From: the human T2T-CHM13v2.0 reference genome, Homo sapiens
DNA length: 64,000 bases
Assembly: GCF_009914755.1 (NCBI RefSeq)
Contig: NC_060929.1
Reading direction: 5' to 3' (one strand)
Shown here: in pieces, positions 42,601-57,725 of the stretch
Numbering within the stretch: position 1 is the stretch's first letter
Layout of the letters: each line of letters opens with the position of its first letter
Position numbers and translations under genes: made by a program
Notes under the pieces: model-generated
Seen by the model: the letters and a program-made list of their open reading frames with translations, nothing else
Database searches by the model: none
What the model was told of the DNA's origin: nothing

Positions 42601-43205
42601 AGGGAATCAACCTAAGTGTCCAATAACAAATGAATGGATACAGAAAATCTGGCATATGTACACAATGGAATACTGTTCAGCCTTAAAAAAAGAAAATTCT
42701 GTCATCTGTGACAACATGAATGAATCCAGGGGACATTAAGCTAAGTGAGATAAGCGAGGCACAGAAAACAAATATCACATGATCAACTTAGATGGAGAAT
42801 CTTAAAAAGCTGAACTCATAGAAGCACAGAGTAGAATGATGCTTACCAGAGGCTGGCAGAGGGTGAAAGGGGGCAGGGGAAGGGGGTGTAACAAGTCAGT
42901 GAGGGAGCAAATGGAGAACTGTTGATCAAAGGGTACAAAGTTTTAGATAGGGAGGAGAAATAGGTTGCGAGATCTGCTGCACAGCAGAGTAACTATAGTC
43001 AATAATAATGTATTATATATTTCAAAATTACTAAGAGAGTACATTTCAAATGTCTCACCATAAAAAAGATAGGTAAACAAGGTGAAGAATATGTTGATTA
43101 GCTTGATTTAATCATGCCACATTGCATACAGATATCATAACATCACACTGTACCTTATAAATATTTACAATAGATTTCTCAATCAATAATATTGACAAAA
43201 TAAAT
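39655..43205 (+). mobile_element. L1MA-type element: 5' UTR, degenerate ORF1, ORF2 almost entirely absent, 3' UTR
   Basis: caagatggc 5' end; ORF1-like ADFSAETLQAR (about 41201); ORF2 C-terminal cacaatagccaag...aacctaagtgtcc (about 42586); L1MA 3' UTR. Confidence 0.8.
41877..42514 (-). mobile_element. Solo ERV1 LTR, LTR9-like, nested in L1
   Basis: Minus strand starts TGTGACAGGGCAGGTCTCACTA...CCATAACAACTGTTT; 4-bp TSD AAAC. Confidence 0.78.
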
Positions 43206-44568
43206 GAGAAAAGATGACAAAATTAAAAGAGACTATTATAGATTAAAAGGGTTAAGAATATAAATGCCAAATGCAACGTGAACACCTTGTTTGGACACTG
43301 ATTCAAACAAACTAACTTTAAAAAAGTCTTTTTGAAGTAATCAAGGAAATGGAATATGAACTGGGTATAAAATAATGTTAAGAAAGTATTGTTCATTTCG
43401 TTAGTACGATAACAGCAGTGTGATTTTGTTTTTTAAAATGTCCTTATAAGTCAGGGATGCATAATAAACTAGTAACATAAGTTAGATGACATGATATTAA
43501 GGACTCTAAAATATAAAATATACCAGCAAAATTTAACACTACCACCAGCAATAGTAGCAATGGTAGTTGTAGTGGAGATGAAAAATAAAGTGAACAAAAT
43601 ATTTATAATGTGGAAACTGCAAAATATGTATATTAAGGTTCACTTTCTTTTTCTCTCTACTTCTGTAATGTTTGAAAATTTCCATAATAACAAATAATTT
43701 AAGCCTCAAATAATTTGGAAGCATGTCTCATGAGTTAGGTGGTGATTAAAATGTGTTACTCTATTTTGGTCAAAAACAATGCCTGTCTCTACTATAATAA
43801 GCAGTTTTCCTGTGTGTTATTGAAGGCAATTTCAGAAGAGAAGAACTGGGTTTGAATTATCATTCTGGGTGATCTTGTGTGCAGAGATCTGTGTCTCTGC
43901 ATACCTTGTTTTCCTTATAGGTTAACTAAGGAAGTTAAATTATTGGATCACCAAATCTTTTCCAACACATTTCTAGAGCTGTTTCACTTAATGACAGATT
44001 ATTAGATAAGGGAATAGCTTTTTATGGCCATAATAATCCTTTGAATATGTAAGTATTCATTTTCAAAATAATTTTTAAAAACAGCTTCATTACCTGTAAT
44101 AATGACTATATTTAATATTTGACCACAGCAATTATACAAGGTCAGAAATACTCAAAACCAATTAATTCCATGAACAATAGCATATGAGAAAACTGCTTCA
44201 ATATATTGTATTCCAGTCAGAGTGAACCTATAATCCCTGGAAATTCTTACCTGCTAATAGTTATCTAATTCTGATTATCTGCATGGCTCAGGTCACCAGA
44301 TAACAGCTTAATTTACTACAGTGAATAGACTGCTTACCCTGTTACATCTCAAAGATTCTCCAAAACAGATAACTGGTACTGAATAAATTAAAAGAAACAA
44401 TTTGGAGGTTTTCTACTCTTCAAACCAGTTATACTGATGATGTATAGTGTACTTAACCTTGTGAATCAGATATTTGACAGTAAATTAAACTAGCCATTAT
44501 ACCCCACTTTCCAAATACACAGAGGTGAAGTGAAGCTATCGGGATAATCTATTATTGGGTTTGGTTTT

Positions 44569-44939
44569 TTATATGGTTTGGCTGGGTCCCCATCCAAATC
44601 TCATCTTGAATTATAGTTCCCATAATTCCCACGTGTTGTGGGAGGGACCCAGTGGGAGGCACCCAGTGGGAGGCAGTTGAATCATGGGGGTGGTTTCTTC
44701 CATATTGTTCTCATGGTAGTAAATAAATCTCACAAGATCTGATGGTTTTATAAGGGGAAATCCCTTTCACTTGGTTCTCATTCTCTCTCTTGCCTGCTGC
44801 CATGTAAGACGTGCCTTTTGCCTTCCGCCATGATTGTGAGGCCTCCCCAGCCATGTGGAACTGTGAGTCCATTAAACCTCTTTTTCCTTATAAATTACCA
44901 AGTCTCAGGTATGTCTTTAACAGCAAACAAACTAATGCA
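44569..44939 (+). mobile_element. THE1 solo LTR (THE1B-like)
   Basis: atatggtttggctg...aaactaatgca; contains a 14-bp tandem duplication acccagtgggaggc. Confidence 0.85.
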
Positions 44940-47462
44940 GTTTTTTTGTTTGTTTGTTTTGTTTTTCATTCCTTGCCACCCTTTTATTCCACAATTCCAT
45001 TCTATACTTCATCAGTTCCTAGGAACTTTTCCAATGTAGTCAAACAAATCACTCCTTAAGAGTAATGTTTCTATACCCTTTCTTTGATAATTTTACTTAA
45101 TTCAATTGCTAAAATACCACTGGCATAATTTTATTCTTAAACTATTTTTATAATGCACAGCTATTGTTAGTATCTGGTGTTGTCCTTTTTTACTTAAGCT
45201 GATTATAAAACTAGAAGTCACTGTTTTTTAACATGGGAGGAAATATAACTTGCACTCACTAAAGTAATTAAATATTTGTATTGGGACATGGCAGATGTAA
45301 TTAACCTCAACTCTAAATAGATTTAAACCTAAAATATTTGTGTAATGACTAATTACCTTAAAAAATAAAATTGCAATTATCTGACTCCATTACTCAATAT
45401 GAGTACTTTTCCCGCTTAATTGCAAATAATGAACTAACCTGTCAATAATTGTACATAATAAAAGATGTCAGATCTGGAAGAGAGTAGAATTTGATACTGA
45501 AGTTTTTAACTTTTTAGAAGTATCTCTGTTTTCTTGCTCCAACTTAGGAAGAACATAATCACATTCGGATTTAGAATTTTGAGAAAGTTTAGGCAATTGC
45601 CTTTTGTTTAAGCCTTTTCAAGGTAAAACTATTTATTGTGTTGAAGAAATTAGAGGTCTGATGAATTTGAAACAAAGCATTGCTTTTGAATTCCTTCATG
45701 AATTTCATATCAGCATATAAAATTCCTACTAGATAATCCTGCATTTAAATGTGTAAACTTTCCTTGAAATAAACTTCCCAATACAAGCTATCATTATCGC
45801 TTTCAAAAGACCTTTGGAACACAGCTTGAAATTTTTGTATACTTTAATTGCTCAACCAAAAAAATATATACTTCAACCTCCAGCAGGCCACCACATTGCC
45901 TATCTTCAAGCAACATCATGGCATTCGGCACCTAGAAATGATGTTCCTAGGGCTGTGCTGCATGGGGGTGTGCAGTGCCCCTCACTTCAAGCAAACGCAT
46001 GCTCCATTTAATCAAAATGTTCTACCAAGAGGCAACACTCAACAGATATTTGTTAATTCACTAGTAGTGCCTATAGCAGTAGGTTATTTGAATATTAGTG
46101 GAATATTAGAAGACTTAGATGCCAGAATTTCTTAATAATAAAAAGTATGAAGTGAGTAGATATTTGACAATCTTTGAATTCATTTCTTAGGGAAAGATTA
46201 CCAAACAAGATTTGTAATTCAAATCCACAGTGTGATAGTAGGCATTGATCGCACAAATACAATAAACACCAAAATTCTGTTTTGCTCTTGGAGACCTAAT
46301 TAATAACCACTTCAATGCCTAGCACAAAAGAAAGCTTTCTGCAAGTGCCTTCCTCTTAACGAAATATCGTCATAGACATCTTAATCTTTTCTTTCTCCTT
46401 TTACAATAATTTGGTATTATTATCAATATTGTTATTTTTTATGATGATTATACATTGGATTTGGAGACATCCAATAGCTTGACCAGGTCAGCAAGTGGTA
46501 GCCCCAAAACTGATATCCATGCCTTCTAATTCCAAGACTTGAGCACGTTCTATCCCAAACCTCAAATTCCATTTGAGTCATTCTTTAATTCTATAACCTG
46601 ATTTCTAGTCACTTGAAAGTAAGAGCACAATGAAAAGAGAACTAGGTTACTTAAAACAATTGTGATAAAGAAAACTGCCAAAAATAAAGATATGCAAGTC
46701 TTTTTTCCCACCTACTGATTTGAAATTCTATAAAACAAAGGGCATGAAACAAGGAACCTACAGGTTGGCCTTTCTCATTAACAAACTTTTTCCCCTTCAG
46801 TAACTGGCAACAGTTTGTGGAGAAATAGAATAGTAGAACTGGAGGCATTCTTTAGAGTTGAAACTGATTCCAAAAACCTGAGTTCTCACCTCTGGGTCCC
46901 TCTTAAACTCCTCTACCCTTCACCTTCTCAGATCTCCTCCTGGGCCGAGATTCCCATGCCACAGCCTTCCCTAAGGAGGGGCTGTAGCACGTGAGAGCTC
47001 AGAGACACCGCGGGCAGAAAGAAGGCACAGGGCTGTGGCCAGATGTGCCAGCAGGTTGGTGTTTAGGAAAAGAGGAGGCTAAGGGAAAGCACTGTTTTCC
47101 CAGGGAGCAGGCGCCAGCCCGGCTTCCTAGATTCCTCTTCCCTAAGTCCCTCCTGGCAACCCTTCAGTTTAGCACCCTCTTTATTCTCAGATCCTCCCAC
47201 TCTCTAGATTTCATCCCTTCCATCCCTGGGCCCAAACTCTTTTTCAAAAGAAGTGCCAGAAAGCCCAGCTCTGTCTGCCTCTCCCCCGTTCCTACAAACT
47301 CTTTCCCTCTATTTTCCTGAACCCCCAGCCTGAGAACCGCATCCTCTGCCCTGGCCTCTCCACAGGCTGCACCTTATTCTCTCCTGGCCATTGCCTTCAC
47401 CACTGACATGCATTCCTCATATACTTACCTCAGTTAAAAGGAAAGAGAGAGAGAGCCTTTTA

Positions 47463-47610
47463 AAAAAATATTAGAAATATTAGAATAATATTCTAATATT
47501 CTCTATATATAATTTCTATATATATTTCTATATATATTTATATATATATTTCTATACGTATATAATATTCTATATATATAATTTATTTCTAATAAAAAAT
47601 ATTAGAAATA
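47463..47610. repeat. AT-rich low-complexity palindromic tract
   Basis: TA-rich units flanked by the direct repeat aaaaaatattagaaata. Confidence 0.8.
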
Positions 47611-48023
47611 AACAAATATTATGCCACATCTATAATAATGGGATATGACCAAAAAATGAAAGCTATGCACATAACTGAAGTCAGGAAACATTGAACTAAC
47701 CTGTCTTCTTTGGAAATGAGAAAACTTAAAATCTAGTGATGCTACAGGAATTGCTCAAAGTCACAAAAGGGATTAGTACCAGAGGCTGAGCTATCCTTAG
47801 CATTTTTGCAGTGTGTCTCTGAAAGCAGAGATGCATTCAGAATAGCTGTGTTTATTCAACACAAAAAGACATAGCATGCCTATTATAAAGAGGCCCAGTT
47901 TCCCACTCATTTGGACACACTTTAATGTCCTTTGTTTAAAGACTTCCTAGCTTCTTCTATTCCCCCATTTTCAATCACAGCTTCAAACTGTAGAAAAGCT
48001 ATTTGTTAAAATTTGGGGAAAGA

Positions 48024-48250
48024 CCCCAGGGACACAGGCAGGTGAACAACACATACTGGGGCCTGTCACGGGGTACAATGGGAGGGAGAGCATCAGGAAA
48101 AATAGCTAATGCATGCTGGGCTTAATACCTAGGTGATCGGTTGATAGGTGCAGCAAACCTCTGTGGCACACGTTTACCTATGTAACAAACTTGCACGTCA
48201 TGTGTATGTACCCCAGAGTTTAAAATAAAATAAAATTAAATTTAAAAAAA
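48024..48250 (+). mobile_element. L1PA (older, about PA13-16) 3' end fragment
   Basis: agctaatgcatgctgggcttaatacctaggtga...poly(A); TSD atttggggaaaga. Confidence 0.85.
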
Positions 48251-48329
48251 GGATTTGGGGAAAGAAATGTGGCTAGCAAAATATTACCTTCAGTAGGCCC
48301 TATTAGTATCTTTTGAATTTATTGGTATA

Positions 48330-48382
48330 AACACACACAACACACATACACAACAGCACACACACACAACACACACACACAC
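48330..48382. repeat. Imperfect (CA)n microsatellite
   Basis: Directly visible. Confidence 0.9.
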
Positions 48383-48852
48383 GACTCAGAGAGTTACCTC
48401 ATTGATAGATTTAAGTAAGAAAAGAAAACTGCATCTTTTTTCTTGTGGTGAGAAAGAACTGAAATGGGGACTAAATCATAATGGGGCTCTTCAAAAATGC
48501 TGAACAACAATATTTGAAATTTTTACGCAGACCTCCAAATGCTGCAATCATCCCACTGTAAAAACTTAGTCAATTTTTTTTTCTAAGAAAGAAAGTAAAG
48601 ATAATAAAGACCTGTTACCCAATTCTGAGCAGAAGCTGAGTCACTGTGTAAACACACTTCAACTACCGGCCTGCTTTCTCAAGGGTGAATCAATTGCTTT
48701 GAACAATGAATTTACTGAGTTCTTTCCAATTTTATCCTGCAGAATAGTACCACTCATCATTGTTCTGTGAAAGCATGAATATAAAGAGTCAATATCTTCT
48801 GGGTTTGTTGGCTATCTTCTGTTTTGGAATTTGAATTTGTCCAGCAGGCCTA

Positions 48853-50402
<1,550 letters not shown>

Positions 50403-50489
50403 TGCAATGAACTAATTTCACAGCCTTTCTTTTTCAACAAAACTCTGCTTTCAGGAAAAAACTAGAGCACTACTGTTCCACTGTCCCCT

Positions 50490-50685
50490 CAATCACTTAG
50501 TAACCAGCCTTAGGCAACTCATTTAAGCTTTATCAACTGCATCTTCCCCCCATGCACCTGTAAAATAAGATTGTGCTACTGTTACCTACTGTTCATATGA
50601 GAATTAGATGAGATAATACATCTAAAGCATTTAGCAATATGCCTGGCATGAAGTAAGATCTCAAAAAATGACATCTATTATTTTG
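50490..50685 (+). mobile_element. MIR relic
   Basis: ctgtaaaataag...taaagcatttagcaatatgcctggca. Confidence 0.6.
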
Positions 50686-50961
50686 AGTATATGACAATGA
50701 CATGTTGCTGAAAGATAGCTTGAAAATTAAATCAGCTTACATGTGGTGAGACATAAAGGGAAAGGTAAAAAGGGTTTTTTTTTTTAACAACAACAAAAAA
50801 AAAACAGGGAACAACATTCCCCTTTCTTTAGGATTTTGCTGAAGAATGATTCCAGGTTTAGAAATAGTGCGTCGCTAAGGCCAAAGGGTGTTTTCTTAAC
50901 TATTCTCATAAAACTCAATCATTCCTCATACTCATGAACCCTTTATTGACCTAAGTAGACT

Positions 50962-51148
50962 ACGGTTACCTTTGGCAAATAAATATTCTGGAGGCCCAAT
51001 TAAATTTGAATTTCAGGTAAACAATGATTTTTAGTACAAGTACAGTATTCCATTAAATAGCTGAAACATATCTTTACTAAAAAATTATTAGTTATATGTC
51101 TGAAATGCAAATAAAATTGGGAATCTTGTATTTTATCTGAGAATCCCA
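50962..51148. mobile_element. MER53-like palindromic hAT MITE
   Basis: cccaattaaatttgaatttcaggtaaac mirrored by tctgaaatgcaaataaaattggg. Confidence 0.75.
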
Positions 51149-51907
51149 ATGAACACCTGGACTCCAAAAACCAGGAAAATCTAGATGGTGCACCCACAGC
51201 AACCCTCAAAGACCACAAGCGTGAGCCTGGGGGCTGATGAGAATACTTTTTTAAATTAGAATATCACATATACGTTCACTGGCTTGAGTGAGTTTTTTTC
51301 CTTGCAATCAAAAGGCTTGACTGCCAAAACACGTGTCTGTTTCAGCTTTTCTGTCTTAAAAGATGGAGGCGTAATACTCACCAGGCTCTTGTAAAGAGAA
51401 AATAGAAACTAAATATGAAAGTACTTTATAAACTAGGTTTTGGGGACTTCCGGGTAAAAATACTAGATTGAACACATGCTCCCTCCAGAAACCTTGCTAA
51501 AATAACAGGATAGAAATTGTTTAAGGCATGAACCCAAAAGGAAAGAGAACAAAACCCAAAAGGACAGAGAGGATACACCAGCAACAGCAACCCTCCCAAG
51601 GAGCAAGGCAGGTGAGTGAAGCTGTCTTGGACCTTCTAGATCAGACCAGCTAAATACCATTGAGTGACCATCAAACAACAGGCGAAGAGGAGCAAGCCCC
51701 CAGCTAAGTTCTATTCAAACCTTTAACCAAGAAGATGATGAGATAATAAAATAGTACTTGTCTTAACCCATTAATTTTGGGTGAATTATTACACAACACT
51801 GGAACACACAATAGAAGGCAGAATGGAATAGATGTCATTAAGACACAGGGCTATATAGGACACAGGTGGAGACCCATTGTTAACTAAACAAATTAGAGAA
51901 GAGTTCA

Positions 51908-52748
<841 letters not shown>

Positions 52749-53007
52749 TTATTAGTATGTAAAATCCCAGGGAAAGCCTCTGACTGGCTAACTTGTCCAT
52801 GTCCCCTCCCTTAGACCAATCATTGTTACCAGCTGATAGGGTAATATTATTGGCCAGTGCCCAAAAACTGAGTTAATATAATCTACAGTCCCAACAGAAT
52901 CACTAGTTATGAAGGAATGACAGTTCCTACTAACGATAAAGGAACAGTGCTGTAAATCAGAATCAGGATGAAAATATTATAGGGCCGATTAAAAATAAAA
53001 CCAAACA

Positions 53008-53308
53008 GGCCAGGCGCAGTGACTCATGCCTGTAATCTCAACACTTTGGGAAGCCAGGGCAGGAAGACTGCTTGAGGCCAGAAGTTCACGACCAGCCTGT
53101 TCAAGATAGCAAGACCCCTCTCTACAAAAAATTAAAAATTAGCCGGGCATGGTGGTGCACACCTGTAGTCCTAGCTACTTGGGTGGCTGAGGTGGGAGGA
53201 TCACTTGATCCCAGAAGTTCAAGGTTGTAGTGAGCTATGATTGTGCCACAGCTCTCTAGCCCGGGCAACAGAGCTAGAATCTGTCTTAAAAAAAAAAAAA
53301 AAAAAAAA
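53008..53308 (+). mobile_element. AluJ
   Basis: Diverged dimer with poly(A). Confidence 0.9.
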
Positions 53309-54028
53309 GTCCAGCACATGGATATAATGACTGACTTTGTTTGCAGATTTACCATGTGAACAATGGACCCTCACACTTTTAAGGGCTGCATAAGTATTCA
53401 TTCCTCATGCCCTCCTTTCCCCATTCAACCCCAGTCGAGGCCAATTGACTCTAAACTTAAGAAATCATAATCCTGAAGGAGTTAAACAACTTTCCTATCA
53501 TGTAAAGGTCAATGAATAGATCTTGCACCAGAATTCACCAATTCTGCATTCCTGACATGTGCAGCAAAGGCAAAACATTCAAGCACGGATACATACTTCT
53601 TGAGAATGCAAAATAAAAATATAGGCAACAAAAATAATGTGGAAAGTGGATAAATTTTCCACTCCTGCACAGCAGATTTTATTTCCAAACATCTCATTCC
53701 CTCCTAAAAAACTGCAGTGCAGATTTTGCAAACACGATGGGTTACATAAGTAGGATTATGTACTCTTCATGCAAACTCTGAAGCCAGCTGTCCATCCAGT
53801 TCTATTTCCCAGATAGGAAAAAGCATTACAACCCAGTTTCAACACAATGCTGGATAGATATTGATAAATTCTGACTCTCTCGTTTCAAGTTAGAAAAAGG
53901 AAAATATATTTTAAAAACGTATTCACCTAGACTCTTTTAATAAAGTCAGTGGCATTTAGACTATAGGATTATGGTTTTATAATTATATATTCAGTAAGAA
54001 TATCAGGAATCCATACAATATATTTAAG

Positions 54029-54470
54029 TGTTATACGTTTGTTTCCTAAAAAATTCATATGTTCAAGTCTTAACCCCCTGAACTGCAGGATGTGACCTTA
54101 TTTGGAGAAAGGGCCCTTACAGAGGTAATCAAGTTAAGATAAGGTCATTAGGGTAGGCTCTAATCTAGTATGACTGATGTTCTTATAAAAAGTGGAAATT
54201 TTGAGACAGCAAGACACAGAGAGCGAATACTACATGAAAATTCAGGCAGAGAGCAATGTGATGATTCTACAAGTCAAGGAACAGCAAACATTGCCAACAA
54301 ACCACCAGAAGCCAGGCGAGAGTCTCCCTCTCAAGTCTCAGAGGGAATCAACTCTGCCAAAAATGTGATCGTGGATTTCCAACCTCCGGAACTGTGAGAC
54401 AATACATGTCTGTTGCATAAGCCACTCAGTGTACAGTACTTTGCTATGGCAGCCCAAGGAAACTAATGCA
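54029..54470 (+). mobile_element. MLT1B/C-type MaLR solo LTR
   Basis: TG...CA termini; 5-bp TSD TTAAG. Confidence 0.85.
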
Positions 54471-56287
54471 TTAAGCAAGAAACATCATGTAAGAAATGAA
54501 AGACGGAATACATTCCCTCTGAAAACAACTTTAATCTTTTATTCCTACATTTACTCTAACGAAGAGTTTAGTCTATTCTCTCCAGACCAAATAATCAGAA
54601 ATTGAAGGTACTGTCTTCACAACACAGGCCCAAAATTCCACTATGTTTTATAAGTAAAGTTAGATTCCTTCCTGGTCCCTAAATTATGCAGATAACAGTC
54701 TCAACCCTCAGTTTTGGCTAGTCATTGGGAAGTAAGCCTGATTTCAAGTAGAGGAGTTTAGACCACCTTTCACCAAAAAAGACTACACTTCCATTTCACT
54801 CTGTTTGCTGGTCCATAGAGAAGAGACCAGAAAAAGGCTAGGTTTTCCCCTGCTAACCTGTGACTGCCTGCTAACCAAATCAGCCCGAGATTTATTATCT
54901 GCCCTAATCCTCCTGCTCAGTTCTATGAGGGTTCATGTTCCTTCTTATGCAAGTGCTGGGGGGGTAGGGAGGGGAAGATAATGTTGGAAATGCAAGAGTA
55001 GCAATCTTTACTATCTGTAATAGTATATGTCAGGTAGGGTTGGGATCCAGTACCTGCCTAGGAGACTAAGGTTTTTCAACTTTTCTGTTTCAGATGCATT
55101 AGCCTCCCACCTAGCCAAGAAAATAAATCAGAACTTTAGTGAAGAGTTATAAATCTGATATCCCTGACGCTATGACTCCAAGCAGCTTTTTCCATAGGTC
55201 AGTGTACAGTTTTGGCAGAATTATATGGTCCATAGCTACTTATTCATTGGCCAATCTGATCATGAAATTCAATTGTTTCTCCAATAGGTAGCAAGAAAGC
55301 AGGATGCAGTGAAGGCAGTTACCAATTGGCCCTCAGCCTGGAAAGTCTGGACTTTGTTGCCATTCCAACCTCCTTGGGAGTCACTAACAGGCACAGAAAT
55401 AAAATTGGGTTCAGGGTTATTGCATCATTCAAAAAACAAGGGTTCTAGGAGAAGCCTATGGTCCTGTTCTTGCCTCTGTTATCTTTTTGTTACAAAATGT
55501 AGCTGTTTGTCAATTGCAGAAGCTCACTGAAGAATGCAAAGAGCATGGTACATGTGCCAACCTATGCATTCAAAATGGCAAATGCCAAATTGTATTGTAT
55601 AGGTAGATGGTATGGAGAGCATTTGGAAAAGGCATTGAGGTGCATGTGTTCTCAGCAGAAATAAAAGTTCAAAGCTTCAGGAATCTTTTAAATTTCAGCC
55701 CCTCTACTCTCCCAAATCTGCCCAATCCATCTGGCTGACATTCCTTTCACTTCAGGTTTCACTATTGCCTCTTTGCATGCCCCATTCCTTTGAGATTTGA
55801 CTCTTCACGCATTGCCTTTTTTCTTTTCTTTTTTTTTTGGTTTGGTTTGGTTTGTTCTTGCGTCCAATACCTTTATTTTACATATAGAAGCTGAGACCAA
55901 AAAGAAACTTTGGGTAGTCTGCTCCAGGTCAAACATCCATGTCAGGAATTCTGATTCCCATGACAACGACCTGTCAACAACATTATACTTTTGAGCCACT
56001 GGAATTTTATTTAACTAATTGTGCTGCATTTAACTGTGTTTGTTATTTAAGGTATTCACAGTTATATTAGTTTAGACATCAGTTTGAACTCCATAATTGT
56101 AGACATACTTTAATCCTCCATATATGTTAAAACAAATGAACACTTGAGCTAACAGCAAAATAGTGTCCAGTGGAAATTATATGAACTTTAAGGAGTCAAG
56201 TGTCCTCCTTACTTTAAGGAGTAAAGTTTCATTTACAACTACAAATATATTGCATCAAGTGATATTACATTTAAACATCACAGGAGA

Positions 56288-56411
56288 GCCAGGCACCGTG
56301 GCATGTACCTATAGTCCCAGCTACTTGGGAGGGTGAGGCAGGGGTATCAGTTGAGCCCAGGAGTTCAAGTACAGCTTGGGCAACAAAGGGAGACCCTGTC
56401 TCGAAGAAAAA
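56288..56411 (+). mobile_element. Free Alu monomer (FLAM/FAM-like)
   Basis: Single 7SL-derived monomer of about 120 bp with a short A tail. Confidence 0.8.
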
Positions 56412-56714
56412 TGGCAGTCATCCAACATTTTTAATTTTTTATTTTCCTTTATATTCCTGAGAATCACATTAAAGTAATACATTCTGAAATAATTTGCTTT
56501 ATAGTCCTGAGAGTCACATAGAAGTAAAACATTCTTACCTACTGACTTTGAAATCACGTCCACTAAATTTCTCTATTCATACTACCTCCCTACTCCTACC
56601 TCGGCTCTACTCCTGTAGCTGAGAATCTTCTGTCTCTTCCTACAGCACAGCACCAGGTCACCAGCCAGGTCAGTCAAAGCCTTGATTTATTGTTTTTGAG
56701 GAGTGGGGGTAGGG

Positions 56715-57725
56715 GGACTTAAAACAACAGGAATTTATTCTCTCACAATTCTGGAGGCTAGAAGTCCAAGGTCAGTAGGGACCATAAGCTCTAGGAAAGA
56801 AACATTTCCATGATTTGTTCAGCTTTTAAATCCCCAAGTTTTCCTTGCAGCATCTTAATTCCAATTCTGCCTTTATCTTCACATGGTGTATTAGTCCCTT
56901 CTCATGCTGCTAATAAAGACATACCCAAGACTGGGCAATTTATAAAGGAAGGCAGTTTAATTGACTCACAGTTCAGCATGGCTGGGGGAGGCCTCAGGGG
57001 ACTTAAGGAGACTTACAATCATGGTGAAAGGGGAAGCAAACATGTCCTTCTTCACATAGTGGCAACAAGGAGAAGTGCCCAGCAAAAAAGGGGAAAAGCT
57101 GCTTATGAAACCATCAGATCTTGTGAGAACTCACTCACTATCACGAGCACAGCATGAGGGTAACGGCCCCCATGATTCAATTACCTTGCACTGGGTCTCT
57201 CCCACAACATGCGGAGATTATGGGAACTACAATTCAGGATGGGGTTTGAGTGGGGACACAGCCAAACCTTATCTTTCCACCCTTGACCCCTCCCAAATCA
57301 CATGTCCTCACATTTCAAAACACAATCATGCCTTTCCAACAATCCCCCAAAGTCTTAACTCATTCCAGCATTAACTCAAAAGTCCAAGTCCAAAGCCTCA
57401 TCTGAGACAAGGCAAGTCTCTTCTGCCTATGAGCCTGCAAAATCAAAAGCAAGTTACTTACTTCCTAGACACAATGGGGGTACAGGCATTGGCTAAATGC
57501 TCCCATTCCAAATGGGAGAAATTGGCCAAAACAAAGGGGTTACAGGCCCCATGAAAGTCCAAAATACAATAGGGCAGTCATTAAACCTTAAAGTCCCAAA
57601 ATGATCTTCTTTGACTCCATGTCTCACATCCAGGTCATGTTCGCTGATGCCAGAAGCGGGCTTCTACAGCCTTGGCCACATGGCCTTCTTCCTCCTTATG
57701 TGTCTGTGTCCTCTACCTCATCCTC
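56715..57725 (-). mobile_element. MLT1A-type LTR fragment hosting a THE1 insertion
   Basis: cttaaaacaacaggaatttattctctcacaattctggaggctagaagtccaag; resumes at catggccttct after 57678. Confidence 0.65.
56887..57678 (-). mobile_element. THE1 element: 3' LTR plus about 400 bp internal, 5' LTR missing
   Basis: LTR about 56887-57275 followed by THE1-int 3' end; flanked by catgg on both sides. Confidence 0.85.

Larger units (their letters stand above)
38900..43700 (+). mobile_element. Ancient L1ME-type 3' fragment split by a younger L1MA (pieces about 38900-39650 and 43205-43700)
   Basis: The two pieces read as collinear old L1 3' UTR ending gaaaatttccataataac. Confidence 0.5.
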
